Shown here: piece after piece, positions 54,676 to 63,139 of the stretch
How positions within the stretch are numbered: position 1 is the first letter of the stretch
How the letters are laid out: each line of letters opens with the position of its first letter
From: a virus
Length of the DNA stretch: 64,000 bases
Virus record (IMG/VR): IMGVR_UViG_3300027754_000003
Location: 34,061-98,060 of that record
Strand: one strand, 5' to 3'
Translations under genes and position numbers: made by a program
The notes under the pieces: model-generated
Databases searched by the model: none
What the model saw: only the letters and a program-made list of their open reading frames with translations
What the model was told of the DNA's origin: nothing

Positions 54676-55110
54676 TTATCCAGCCTTACCCCGTGTGGCT
54701 TTGCCAAGAAAACCATTGGCTCTGGCAAGCATCACTCGCTTGGCTGACGTGGACTTAGAGATACTGAATGCTTTTGATACAGCCTCAATAGGTGACACTC
54801 CGTAGTTCAATGCATCTTTGTAGATTCGGGCAACTTCTTCCAGAAGGTCATCTGGCAATGTTGCACCACGTTGTGCGCCTGTAAGTGTTGCTTTGAAATC
54901 TGGTTTCGGAAGAATACTTACAAGAGCATCTTTTGCTAATTGAATGATTGGTACTCGTCTGTAAATCTCCACCGTGATTGTGTCGTTAGAAACTGACGCA
55001 ACGCTGACACCTGTGAAGCGAAGCATTCCTCCAATTTTTGTGAACTTGATTCCAACTTCAAACTCTTGTTTGGTGACTGGGTCAGTCCATGTAAACATTT
55101 CTGAACTCAT
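54676..55110 (-). CDS. Putative DNA-binding protein with C-terminal HTH
   Basis: VARIY..A......P...V...F..S.STS.KRV..AR..GFL. Confidence 0.6.
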   Translation of the reverse strand: MSSEMFTWTDPVTKQEFEVGIKFTKIGGMLRFTGVSVASVSNDTITVEIYRRVPIIQLAKDALVSILPKPDFKATLTGAQRGATLPDDLLEEVARIYKDALNYGVSPIEAVSKAFSISKSTSAKRVMLARANGFLGKATRGKAG

Positions 55111-55337
55111 TGTTTGCTCCTTTGACTGCGAAGGTCTGTTCGCTTTCGTGCTGTAGTACCGCCCCAGATACCTAATTCATAATTATCTAATGCAAAGTTG
55201 AGACAACTTTCTTTTACAGAACAGACATTACAAAAATCTTCAATAACGACTTTGTAGTGCGCTCCAGCAGAAGACCTTTCTGGAAAGAATTGGTCTGAAT
55301 CAACTCCTCTGCAAGCACCCTGTTCCATCCATGTCAT
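55107..55337 (-). CDS. whiB: WhiB-family Fe-S transcription regulator
   Basis: W...GAC, FFP, C..C.V...CL..AL, GIWGGTT...R. Confidence 0.92.
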   Translation of the reverse strand: MTWMEQGACRGVDSDQFFPERSSAGAHYKVVIEDFCNVCSVKESCLNFALDNYELGIWGGTTARKRTDLRSQRSKQ

Positions 55338-55405
55338 TGACTCACGAAGAATAAGTGTTTTGCGAATCTCTTCTTGTTGATTGTGGTAGATGCGTTCTGC
55401 TGAAC

Positions 55406-55738
55406 TCAAACTGCTTCCTCCATTTGCCAGAAGCCAAAGCAAGCACCATCGGAATCCAATGTCCCAAACGTGCATCCTTCTGGTGCGATTGCATCCATCA
55501 CATTGAAGAGATGGTCTACAAGGTATTCCTCTTGTTCTTCGTCACGGTTTGATTTTGGGTCAATCATTGCGAACAGAACATCGTTCCAATCGTCAAGTAC
55601 TGAGTCTTTGATTTTTGGGTCATGTTCGCCAATGACTGCAAGAAAGGCTTTTGCCAAGTCCTCAGTACGAAGTGTTCCTTCGGAAACAATGGCATTTGTC
55701 CATTCGCTTCCTAAAGGCTTGATGTTTTCATAAGACAT
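55406..55738 (-). CDS. Hypothetical protein
   Basis: VSEGTLR.EDL, APEG..FG....DGACFGFW; AAGGAG SD. Confidence 0.7.
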   Translation of the reverse strand: MSYENIKPLGSEWTNAIVSEGTLRTEDLAKAFLAVIGEHDPKIKDSVLDDWNDVLFAMIDPKSNRDEEQEEYLVDHLFNVMDAIAPEGCTFGTLDSDGACFGFWQMEEAV

Positions 55739-55762
55739 AACTGCTCCTTCTGTAGGAGCATT

Positions 55763-55791
55763 ACAGTACAGGTTTAGAACGGGAGTGGCAA
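55763..55791 (-). promoter_or_regulatory. SigA-type promoter TTGCCA-17-TACTGT
   Basis: Exact 17 nt spacing. Confidence 0.65.
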
Positions 55792-55948
55792 CCCTATTCT
55801 GAGGCTTTTTTGCCCACTTCATCCATAGGTAGGTATTTTTCTGGGCGGGAACTACCACCGCATTGGTGCATAGGTGGGTGATTGACTTTTACAAAAATCG
55901 TGACTTCTTGTCCACATTCTGGACAACTGTATTTAGTACCTTTTGACA

Positions 55949-56506
55949 CTACAAACTCCAATGGTTTAGACCGCCGTTATCAAGTAAATACTTGCTCACT
56001 TTTAGGTTACAGTCAAGTGTTCTCAAAAGTTTGATGTCTCCGCCACAAATCTTCCGTGTCACGGTCTGCCATGAGGAATTGACCTGTAGGAGTCCAGAGT
56101 CATACGAGCCATTTTTGTTCAATGTCCAAGTGATGTTCCCGTTTGCATCCCATTTAGCATTTATAGCCTTTGGGTTACAACCGCTTTCACGCCATGCAAT
56201 GTACGAGAACACCTGCACAGGGACTAAGCCGTAGTCTCGGAATGCTTGTTCAAACTTAGGGCATCTTTTTGTTTTATCTGAAGGGATGCGACTATCTTCA
56301 GGTTCTGGAACTGTAGTAGTGGGAGCAGGGAGGGCAGTGGTAGTTGGGGGAAGAATTAGGTAGGGCGTTACATCTATGTATCTGATTGCTTGGGGGGTTG
56401 ATTCTGGTGGTGTTGAATTGTTTGGAGACATTACAGAAAAGATGGAAGCGAGGACAAGATTTCCAGTCAGCGCAACCGTTTTGAGTATTTCCGACAATCT
56501 AATCAT
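55949..56506 (-). CDS. Secreted lytic transglycosylase (SLT/lysozyme-like)
   Basis: N-terminal hydrophobic segment, P/T linker, WRES (catalytic Glu), GLLQVN, C-terminal W. Confidence 0.78.
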   Translation of the reverse strand: MIRLSEILKTVALTGNLVLASIFSVMSPNNSTPPESTPQAIRYIDVTPYLILPPTTTALPAPTTTVPEPEDSRIPSDKTKRCPKFEQAFRDYGLVPVQVFSYIAWRESGCNPKAINAKWDANGNITWTLNKNGSYDSGLLQVNSSWQTVTRKICGGDIKLLRTLDCNLKVSKYLLDNGGLNHWSL

Positions 56507-56529
56507 TCATTATCCTTTGTTCGGGTAAT

Positions 56530-56559
56530 AAAAAAGCCCCATCCATTGAAGTATGGGGC
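56530..56559 (-). terminator. Intrinsic terminator just upstream of the transglycosylase gene
   Basis: gccccat-acttcaatgg-atggggc followed by tttttt. Confidence 0.75.
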
Positions 56560-56599
56560 GCACGGCTCAATATGTGGAGCACTACAAGTTTACACCAGT

Positions 56600-57013
56600 T
56601 TATTCCGCTAACAACCCCTGTAGAAGTATTTTTAGGTCGGGAAGTGCTTCTCCCATAAGGGGAACAGAATCTATATCTATTTCTTTGCGTAATGGTCGTG
56701 ATGTGTGAGCCCAATCGCATTCATTACAAGAGCAACCTTGACGGAAGCGCACAACAGTTCCATGTTCAGCAAGATTATTTGTTGTGTCTTTTTGAAGAGG
56801 TATACGTTCTTGTGGTGTTAGTCCGCCCCACACTCCGAATGTTTCTTTTCTTCCTATTGATAGACAACTATCCCAAACAGGACAGACATTACAAACTTGT
56901 TTTGCAATGAGATAATTTATTTCTGGAGTTTGTGAGTCAAATGGTGGGAAGAAAATATCTCCATGCATTTTTCTGCACAGAGCATCTGACATCCATTCGG
57001 GAGTGTCTACCAC
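56600..57013 (-). CDS. whiB: WhiB-family regulator with C-terminal HGT...GCxCxxC extension
   Basis: WM..ALC, FFPP, C..CPV...CL, GVWGGLT..ER. Confidence 0.92.
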   Translation of the reverse strand: MVDTPEWMSDALCRKMHGDIFFPPFDSQTPEINYLIAKQVCNVCPVWDSCLSIGRKETFGVWGGLTPQERIPLQKDTTNNLAEHGTVVRFRQGCSCNECDWAHTSRPLRKEIDIDSVPLMGEALPDLKILLQGLLAE

Positions 57014-57315
57014 TAGTTTTTCTCTCGGTACAAAACAAGAGCAATGATTGCGTATGACGCTAGGTCAATAAGAGAGTCTTCAATTCCTTCGTTACGAAGT
57101 TTGCTACCTTTCGCTGCGGATTGCAGACGAATCACTTTGTCGTTTGCACGAATAAGTGTCCCAATCCAAGCAGGTACTCCCCAGTCGGTTGATGCACGAA
57201 CATTTGCAAGAGGGTCTTGACCAGTTCCGTAATCGCTACCCTTTTTCTCATGCATATCTCCCAACTCTTGGAGTATGCGGTAGAACTCTGGATGTCCTGT
57301 TTTATCTACGTTCAT
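57013..57315 (-). CDS. Nucleotide modification-associated domain 1 (DUF1599/MazG-like) protein
   Basis: H..K..DYG...D...N, DK..RL, EDSL.DLA.YA. Confidence 0.8.
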   Translation of the reverse strand: MNVDKTGHPEFYRILQELGDMHEKKGSDYGTGQDPLANVRASTDWGVPAWIGTLIRANDKVIRLQSAAKGSKLRNEGIEDSLIDLASYAIIALVLYREKN

Positions 57316-57734
57316 TCTGCTCCGTTTTCTGTCCACTCTTCAAGGCTTTCCGTACCGTAAAAAATCGGCATTTCCAACCTCTCTGCTTCTTGTATTTCTT
57401 CAACTGATTCGTAGGCTTCAAACACCAGAACAGCGTCACAACGCTTCATCACTTGAAAGCAATACTCATTCCAAAACTCTGTACTGTTGGGGTATTTTTG
57501 ATTCCAGAAGCCACAGGTGAGTACAGGGATTACTGGTAGACATATTCCAGAGGTATACAACTCTTCTGCTAGGTCAATAGCATCTTGATAATTGTCATCT
57601 ATGGTGTCACGGTGATACGGCCCAATAACGTAAACGTGGGGAAGCAGAATATGAGCAAGGGTTCGCATAAACTCTTTATTTACTCCTTCTGCCATGATGT
57701 CTTCGGAGTAGTTTCTTAGAACGAAATCCCCCAT
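57312..57734 (-). CDS. DUF4406/nucleoside deoxyribosyltransferase-like protein
   Basis: VYVIGPY, P.IP, RCDAVL, E...A.....PIFY. Confidence 0.6.
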   Translation of the reverse strand: MGDFVLRNYSEDIMAEGVNKEFMRTLAHILLPHVYVIGPYHRDTIDDNYQDAIDLAEELYTSGICLPVIPVLTCGFWNQKYPNSTEFWNEYCFQVMKRCDAVLVFEAYESVEEIQEAERLEMPIFYGTESLEEWTENGAE

Positions 57735-57810
57735 TATGAATGCCTGTTCATACTAGAACGAATAGCCATGTAGTAGCAAGCAAGGGCGCAAACAATGAAT
57801 ACCTTTGTCA

Positions 57811-58032
57811 TCACTTGTCCTGTAACCATTTCAGACCATTACGGAAATATATGCTTGCATAGCAAAACGCCATGAATATAAACCCGTACTGTTTGGTGTG
57901 GATTGCGAAGGCAACCCAAAGCAGTTCATTGACTGTTAGAAAAAAGAATGCGTGGGCGTTTTTCTTGCCGACATACCACATCCCTGTAACGCCAATGATG
58001 GCAAGCACCCATGACCATATCTGTCCATCCAT
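57811..58032 (-). CDS. PnuC-like small membrane protein
   Basis: Three TMs, WSW.L..IG..G...G.K, QYGF. Confidence 0.6.
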   Translation of the reverse strand: MDGQIWSWVLAIIGVTGMWYVGKKNAHAFFFLTVNELLWVAFAIHTKQYGFIFMAFCYASIYFRNGLKWLQDK

Positions 58033-58075
58033 TGTGTACTCCTAATATCCGTGTTAGGAATACCTTAGTACAAAA

Positions 58076-58315
58076 TTACTTCTCTGTACTCCAATGATGA
58101 ACTGACTGAATAAGTACACCCAAGATATCGTCTGGATTCTCATCTTCGTTTACCAGAGACTGGCAATAGGTGGAGGCGGACTTAGCCACACTCTCAGCCT
58201 TTTCCAATTTCTTTGCCATAGACGAAAGCATCTCACGAAGAGCCTGCTTGTCATCGTACGCACGAGCAAGTGATACCTGAAGGTCTTGAATTACTGCAAA
58301 CTCAAATGACTCCAT
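58076..58315 (-). CDS. Hypothetical coiled-coil protein
   Basis: 79 aa with GAGG SD. Confidence 0.55.
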   Translation of the reverse strand: MESFEFAVIQDLQVSLARAYDDKQALREMLSSMAKKLEKAESVAKSASTYCQSLVNEDENPDDILGVLIQSVHHWSTEK

Positions 58316-58367
58316 AAAACCTCTCTCTTTAGGTTATATACAAGCGTACAACCTATGAATGGTCTTG

Positions 58368-59804
58368 TCAAGCCTCATCCGACAGGTCAATGACATCCTG
58401 ATACATACGGTCAGTCTGCTGGGCATTCAATCCACCACCAGATAGTTGTCTTGTGGACTCACCGACTGCCTGACCAAAGATGCGACTAAGCACCCCACTA
58501 CTGCCTCTTGCTTCTACTTCAAGGCGCATGACATCACGAGTATCCGATATGTCTTTGAACTTCTCTACCAAGTTGAATAGACGTTCTACTTCTCCCGATA
58601 GTGCTGGGTCAAGTCCTTGACCTTCTAGTTCTTCAGCGAAGCGAGCAAACAGAACACGACTCACTTGCATCTCCAGAAGAGCCCTCATTGCACCCTGCAA
58701 CTGGTCTTTGGTTTTGATTTCTACAGGCAACTTGAATCCACATTCTGCATTCTCCTTGAATGCAGGACATCTGGCACTCAAATAGCAACTATTACATTGT
58801 CTAAAGAGACTGCTTTGATACTGAATTACAGGTACTTTTTCAATACCTATTTCTTCAGATTCTCCTTCTCCTGCAAGGTCTTTAGCCAGTTGTGGGGTGT
58901 ACTGCTCAATACCCATAACTGGTAGCAATACTTTGTCATCCTCGTGCCTCTTCTCAGAGCCCCTAATAGTAATACTTGTACCCCCTGAAGCCACATTTGG
59001 CGAAGTAGGCAAATTACTCAAATAGTTACTATTATCCCCATTATCCGATAGACCTATTTCTTCTTCATCAGAGTCTGTTGCAGGGTCATAGACCCCTAAA
59101 ACACCTTGCTCCCATGCTTGCCAAGATTTGATTGCTAACTTTGCAACCTCAGCATTATCATCCTGAACTATCTGTTCATAGTCAATGCCTAAGCGAATAA
59201 TGTCGGCTCGGTGTTTCTTTCGGGCAGAATCTTTCTGCTGGGCTGGGTATCGGCGTAGACCGTGACCATCCCACACTTGGGTTTCGCCATAACGCACAGC
59301 CGATGTCCATGAACCAACAAGAACAGAATCCCAAGGAAGGGACTCAATAACCTCTGGCTTTGACGACAAGCCAATAAGTTTGGCATCCCATCTTTGGACT
59401 AGGTTTCGGATTCTGGAGATGGTCTTACCATTTACAGCCTTATCGCTAATCGCAGCCCGACCATAGCGTTGGCACAAATAGGCAAGCCTTTCCATATCAT
59501 CTGGGTCGTTCCATACGGGAATGTAACGCTCGTTTAGCCACGCACCGTCATAATCAGGTCTACCTATGATTGCTGTCAGGCTCTCGTAATGCTGGCGAAT
59601 AAAATCGTCATAACGAGTTACATCCTCATCGTTCTCAGAAGTGTAGAGAATGACCTCATTTCCCCCGAACATTACAGACAAATCAAGTTCCTTTTTCTTA
59701 GGAACAGCCAAGTGGGTGAGGTTTACAGCAAAGCGAGTTACGCCAGCATTCTGAAGGAGCGACCTATGTGATGACTTTTCGGCATTAGCAAAGTAAATCT
59801 TCAT
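58368..59804 (-). CDS. Conserved phage protein: possible degenerate TGT/TIM-barrel N-domain plus C-terminal Cys4 domain
   Basis: MKIYFA, IPVW, SV...SW.S..RYG; CNSCYL...CP.F.....C. Confidence 0.45.
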   Translation of the reverse strand: MKIYFANAEKSSHRSLLQNAGVTRFAVNLTHLAVPKKKELDLSVMFGGNEVILYTSENDEDVTRYDDFIRQHYESLTAIIGRPDYDGAWLNERYIPVWNDPDDMERLAYLCQRYGRAAISDKAVNGKTISRIRNLVQRWDAKLIGLSSKPEVIESLPWDSVLVGSWTSAVRYGETQVWDGHGLRRYPAQQKDSARKKHRADIIRLGIDYEQIVQDDNAEVAKLAIKSWQAWEQGVLGVYDPATDSDEEEIGLSDNGDNSNYLSNLPTSPNVASGGTSITIRGSEKRHEDDKVLLPVMGIEQYTPQLAKDLAGEGESEEIGIEKVPVIQYQSSLFRQCNSCYLSARCPAFKENAECGFKLPVEIKTKDQLQGAMRALLEMQVSRVLFARFAEELEGQGLDPALSGEVERLFNLVEKFKDISDTRDVMRLEVEARGSSGVLSRIFGQAVGESTRQLSGGGLNAQQTDRMYQDVIDLSDEA

Positions 59805-60286
59805 TGTGGTTCTTTCGTAGTCCTATACAACGACTGTACTTCAATTTCACGAGTTAGGTCTGTCCACATCTGCTTTTCCCGTGGTTTATCCTCACGCCAT
59901 TCTGGGCGAACAAAGTTAGGAAGACCAACGAGAAGACATGGAATCGCTTCTTTCATAACAAGAGTAACTGCTTCTGGATTGGTGTCTACATACCAATCAA
60001 TCTTCCCATAGGCGGCGTGAAGAGCCTTCACACGTTCACAGAGGGCTTTAGCCCCTGTACCGTTTGCAACATCAACGTGGGCGTATTTGTAACCTTCACG
60101 CTTTGCCCATGATGACAACACATCTGCTGAAAGACCATTGTCTCCCAAGAGAATGAGCCTGCCGTTGTATCGGGCAAATAATGCCTCGTACAGCCTTTGA
60201 CCATCTGGAATCGGCTGTCGTGCGCCTGGAACTTGTGCTTTATCAGTCTGTGCGTACGCTATGACATCAAAAGTTACGATAAGCAT
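59801..60286 (-). CDS. HAD-fold-like hypothetical protein
   Basis: N-terminal VTFDV, P.P.G..L, WYVD.NP. Confidence 0.45.
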   Translation of the reverse strand: MLIVTFDVIAYAQTDKAQVPGARQPIPDGQRLYEALFARYNGRLILLGDNGLSADVLSSWAKREGYKYAHVDVANGTGAKALCERVKALHAAYGKIDWYVDTNPEAVTLVMKEAIPCLLVGLPNFVRPEWREDKPREKQMWTDLTREIEVQSLYRTTKEPQ

Positions 60287-60744
60287 CAGTCGTACATGCC
60301 CATCGCTTTACGCTCTTGTGTTGCTACATAACCAGAACCAACTGGGCAGAAATGGCAAAGGTACTGCCATTGTTCTTTAGGTACACCGACTTTGCGACCA
60401 ATCGTTTTAGATTCATCTTCCCAGTCAATGCAACTTCCTTTAGGCGCACCATGTCGCTGAAAACATTTGAGTGCTTCTACTTTGAGGTCATCACGAACTT
60501 CACGAACCTCAATCTCGTTCTTCATCAACTCTTTTTTGATTCCAGTTTCACCATCAAGCGCATCGTAGGTGGCTTGGTCACAACGGAAGAGTTGGGACAT
60601 GTGTGCTTCGGGAGATTGATTTTGAGCACGAGCAAGGTGCATCTTAATAATTTCCTGTAACTCCATGTCATTGTCTGCATTACCTTCGTAATCACGAAGT
60701 TTGTGCATTGTTCCACAAGAATTGCAAACTAGAAGTCTTGGCAT
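60286..60744 (-). CDS. Zn-binding hypothetical protein
   Basis: CNSC, C...H..P..SC.D, YLCHFCPV. Confidence 0.65.
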   Translation of the reverse strand: MPRLLVCNSCGTMHKLRDYEGNADNDMELQEIIKMHLARAQNQSPEAHMSQLFRCDQATYDALDGETGIKKELMKNEIEVREVRDDLKVEALKCFQRHGAPKGSCIDWEDESKTIGRKVGVPKEQWQYLCHFCPVGSGYVATQERKAMGMYD

Positions 60745-60784
60745 ATTGTACTACTTTCTGTGAACTTGTTATTTAGTTAATGCT

Positions 60785-60856
60785 TTATTTCTTTTTCTTG
60801 GCGGTTTTCTCTTTAGCCTTGTCCTTACAGTTACAACCACATGCTTTACATGCCAT
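60785..60856 (-). CDS. Cys/Lys-rich micropeptide, 23 aa (not in ORF track)
   Basis: MACKACGCNCKDKAKEKTAKKKK; AGGT upstream. Confidence 0.45.
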   Translation of the reverse strand: MACKACGCNCKDKAKEKTAKKKK

Positions 60857-60887
60857 ATTACTTACCTGCCTTTTTCTTGGTTTGGAA

Positions 60888-61226
60888 TTATTCTTCTGGA
60901 TTTCCCATGAAGCCTTTTAATGACGAATGGAAATCTGTATCGTTGGCTAGTTTCCAACGAACTTCATCGTAGTTTACATCCTTTAGGTCAAAGATGTCAA
61001 TCTGACGAGGAAGATGACCAAATGAAACAGCAAGTTCATGCAGTTTTTGGTCTGGGACTTTCTTCAAAACATCAAAAATAGGCTTGTTAGCCGTGCGCTT
61101 TGTCATCTCATCATTGGCATCGGAAAATAGTCCTTGCTTTGATACAGATGGGTGAAACTGTTGTTGTTCACCACGCCTTGCTATTTTCTTACGGCGAAAC
61201 TCCGCCATGTCAATGATTTCGCCCAC
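60888..61226 (-). CDS. Hypothetical protein
   Basis: Probable GTG start (GEIIDMAEFRRKK); contains FHPS and QGLF. Confidence 0.55.
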   Translation of the reverse strand: MGEIIDMAEFRRKKIARRGEQQQFHPSVSKQGLFSDANDEMTKRTANKPIFDVLKKVPDQKLHELAVSFGHLPRQIDIFDLKDVNYDEVRWKLANDTDFHSSLKGFMGNPEE

Positions 61227-61236
61227 ATTACAACCT

Positions 61237-61437
61237 TTAGAGGCTAATCGTTGGCTCAGTTGCCTCAGCAAGTGGGCTTTTTGGGGTAACACCGTACTGC
61301 GGTGGAACTACCATACTGCGCTTGATTGATGTACTTTCATCAACATCGCCACCACGGTCTGGGGTAAGGCTCTTGTATGACCCGTCAAGGATTCCCTTAC
61401 GAAGGTCTTGGTTCTGTGAGCGTGATGTATTTTGCAT
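61237..61437 (-). CDS. Hypothetical protein
   Basis: 66 aa with AAGGA SD. Confidence 0.6.
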   Translation of the reverse strand: MQNTSRSQNQDLRKGILDGSYKSLTPDRGGDVDESTSIKRSMVVPPQYGVTPKSPLAEATEPTISL

Positions 61438-61476
61438 AATAATCCTTATCAGTTGTGGGCAGATGCACCCATTTTA

Positions 61477-62298
61477 TCATCTATGGTTTTGTGCATTTCC
61501 TGCTGTAGAAATAGCCATACCTTCAATTTTTCCAGCGTTCATAAAACCAGGTGCTGGAGAGCCATCACCACCGCCACCAAAAGTGTTGTCATTACCTTGA
61601 AATGCGTTGTTAGACGAAGCGTCATTGACAACTGCACCAGTCTTTGAAGAAGGCTTTGCAGGCTTTGCAGCAGGCTTTACAGGCTTTACAGGCTTAGGAG
61701 TTCTGCTTGGATTACGTGTACCATAGGCAGGATTTTCAGCCTTTTTCTGTGCTCGTTTTTCTGCTGTTTCTTTTTTCTGCTGTTCGGTGCGTGGTGCTCG
61801 TGGGGCTCGTGGGGTTTTTTCTGGTTGTTCACCACCACCCATATCACCGTAATTTTTGCTGGTGTCTTGCGGAGCAAAAGTAGTGCCTTGCCCACCTTGT
61901 GGTTGTTGCCAATTGCTTGTAACCCGTGGGCGGTCTACTGCACCTTGACCATAGTTCTTACTTGTGTCTTGTGGCGCAAAAGTAGCAGTTACAGGAGGAA
62001 GAGCGCCAACAATCTTGGTGATGTCATCGGCGCTAAAACCGCCTGCGCCACCGCCACCATCGCCACCGCCACTTCTAGGGCTATTACCATACCAACGGTG
62101 CATTTGACTGATGTTGTCAAAAGCGTCTGCAAAAGGGTTTGGTGACTTTTCTGGTCGTTTCATAGCAGACCAGTCACGTTGCGTACCAGCATTGGCAGGG
62201 CTGAAAGGGGCTACCTGTGGGGCTTCACCTCGGTTGATACGCCCTGTAGCGTTATACAACGGGGTTGTATTTACTTCACCGAAGCGGTTTGTAGGCAT
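61477..62298 (-). CDS. Low-complexity Gly/Pro/Lys-rich protein (paralog of 63139-63990)
   Basis: TFAPQDTSKNYG x2 and GAVVND.SSNNAFQGN.NTFG; TATAAT 5 nt upstream. Confidence 0.65.
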   Translation of the reverse strand: MPTNRFGEVNTTPLYNATGRINRGEAPQVAPFSPANAGTQRDWSAMKRPEKSPNPFADAFDNISQMHRWYGNSPRSGGGDGGGGAGGFSADDITKIVGALPPVTATFAPQDTSKNYGQGAVDRPRVTSNWQQPQGGQGTTFAPQDTSKNYGDMGGGEQPEKTPRAPRAPRTEQQKKETAEKRAQKKAENPAYGTRNPSRTPKPVKPVKPAAKPAKPSSKTGAVVNDASSNNAFQGNDNTFGGGGDGSPAPGFMNAGKIEGMAISTAGNAQNHR

Positions 62299-62304
62299 GT
62301 TCTA

Positions 62305-62625
62305 TTATACCCACAGACTCTGCATAGAGTATCTACCGCTACCACTATAGGTATCGTCATTCATTTGGGCTCGGCGGAACATAACAGGAGCGCCTGAAAC
62401 CCATGAACGGTATGACGGAGCATTACGGTCTACGGACAAGATGTCCATAACACCAAGTTCTTGTTTCAAGAACCCACGAGTATTTGGAAATACCTGCTGA
62501 GGAACTACAGGGCGAGTAGCACGAATGGTTTCTGGGTCAGAAATAGCGTTTTGCAGTGCAATGTCCACCAGCATTTCTTCACGAGATTGCCAAGGTCTGC
62601 GAGTGCGCTGATTATCTACAGGCAT
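62305..62625 (-). CDS. Hypothetical protein
   Basis: RPWQSR.E; TAATG coupling. Confidence 0.6.
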   Translation of the reverse strand: MPVDNQRTRRPWQSREEMLVDIALQNAISDPETIRATRPVVPQQVFPNTRGFLKQELGVMDILSVDRNAPSYRSWVSGAPVMFRRAQMNDDTYSGSGRYSMQSLWV

Positions 62626-62825
62626 TAGTCTTTCATTTCTTGTTCGCTGAAACCAGAATCAGGTTTTAAACCATCATTGCCACGAGCGTCTTCCATCGCT
62701 TCGTATGCATCACGGTCATCTTTACCGTAATTAGGACTAGTCATTGCAGCCATGTTTGCAATGTCAAACGAAAATCGGCTTACTCCACGATTTGGGTGAT
62801 GGCGAGTGTCTTTTCCTTTAGGCAT
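62625..62825 (-). CDS. Small protein starting MPKGKDTRHHPNR
   Basis: TAATG coupling; N-terminus shared with 62825-63139. Confidence 0.6.
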   Translation of the reverse strand: MPKGKDTRHHPNRGVSRFSFDIANMAAMTSPNYGKDDRDAYEAMEDARGNDGLKPDSGFSEQEMKD

Positions 62826-63139
62826 TACTTGTACGGCTTTCCTCTAAAAGTTCCACCATCTTTTTCATTCCAACCAAACAATGGTTTCTTCTCAACTCTT
62901 CCAGTGCCACCTTTAGCCTTATCAATAAGGTTACGAGGGGCAAGGTCAGACAAACGTGCTTGTTGTCCTGTGTACTCAGGCGTGTTTGGGTCATCCAAAT
63001 CTGTATTGTATGAACCTTCATCAAGACCTAACGTAGTTTTTATACGTTCCATAATAGAAGGCTTTGCCTTCTTAGCACGATGAGCGTCAAGACTTACAAT
63101 GCGAGCGCCGTGATGACGAGTATCTTCACCTCTAGGCAT
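62825..63139 (-). CDS. Small protein starting MPRGEDTRHHGAR
   Basis: TAATG coupling. Confidence 0.6.
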   Translation of the reverse strand: MPRGEDTRHHGARIVSLDAHRAKKAKPSIMERIKTTLGLDEGSYNTDLDDPNTPEYTGQQARLSDLAPRNLIDKAKGGTGRVEKKPLFGWNEKDGGTFRGKPYK

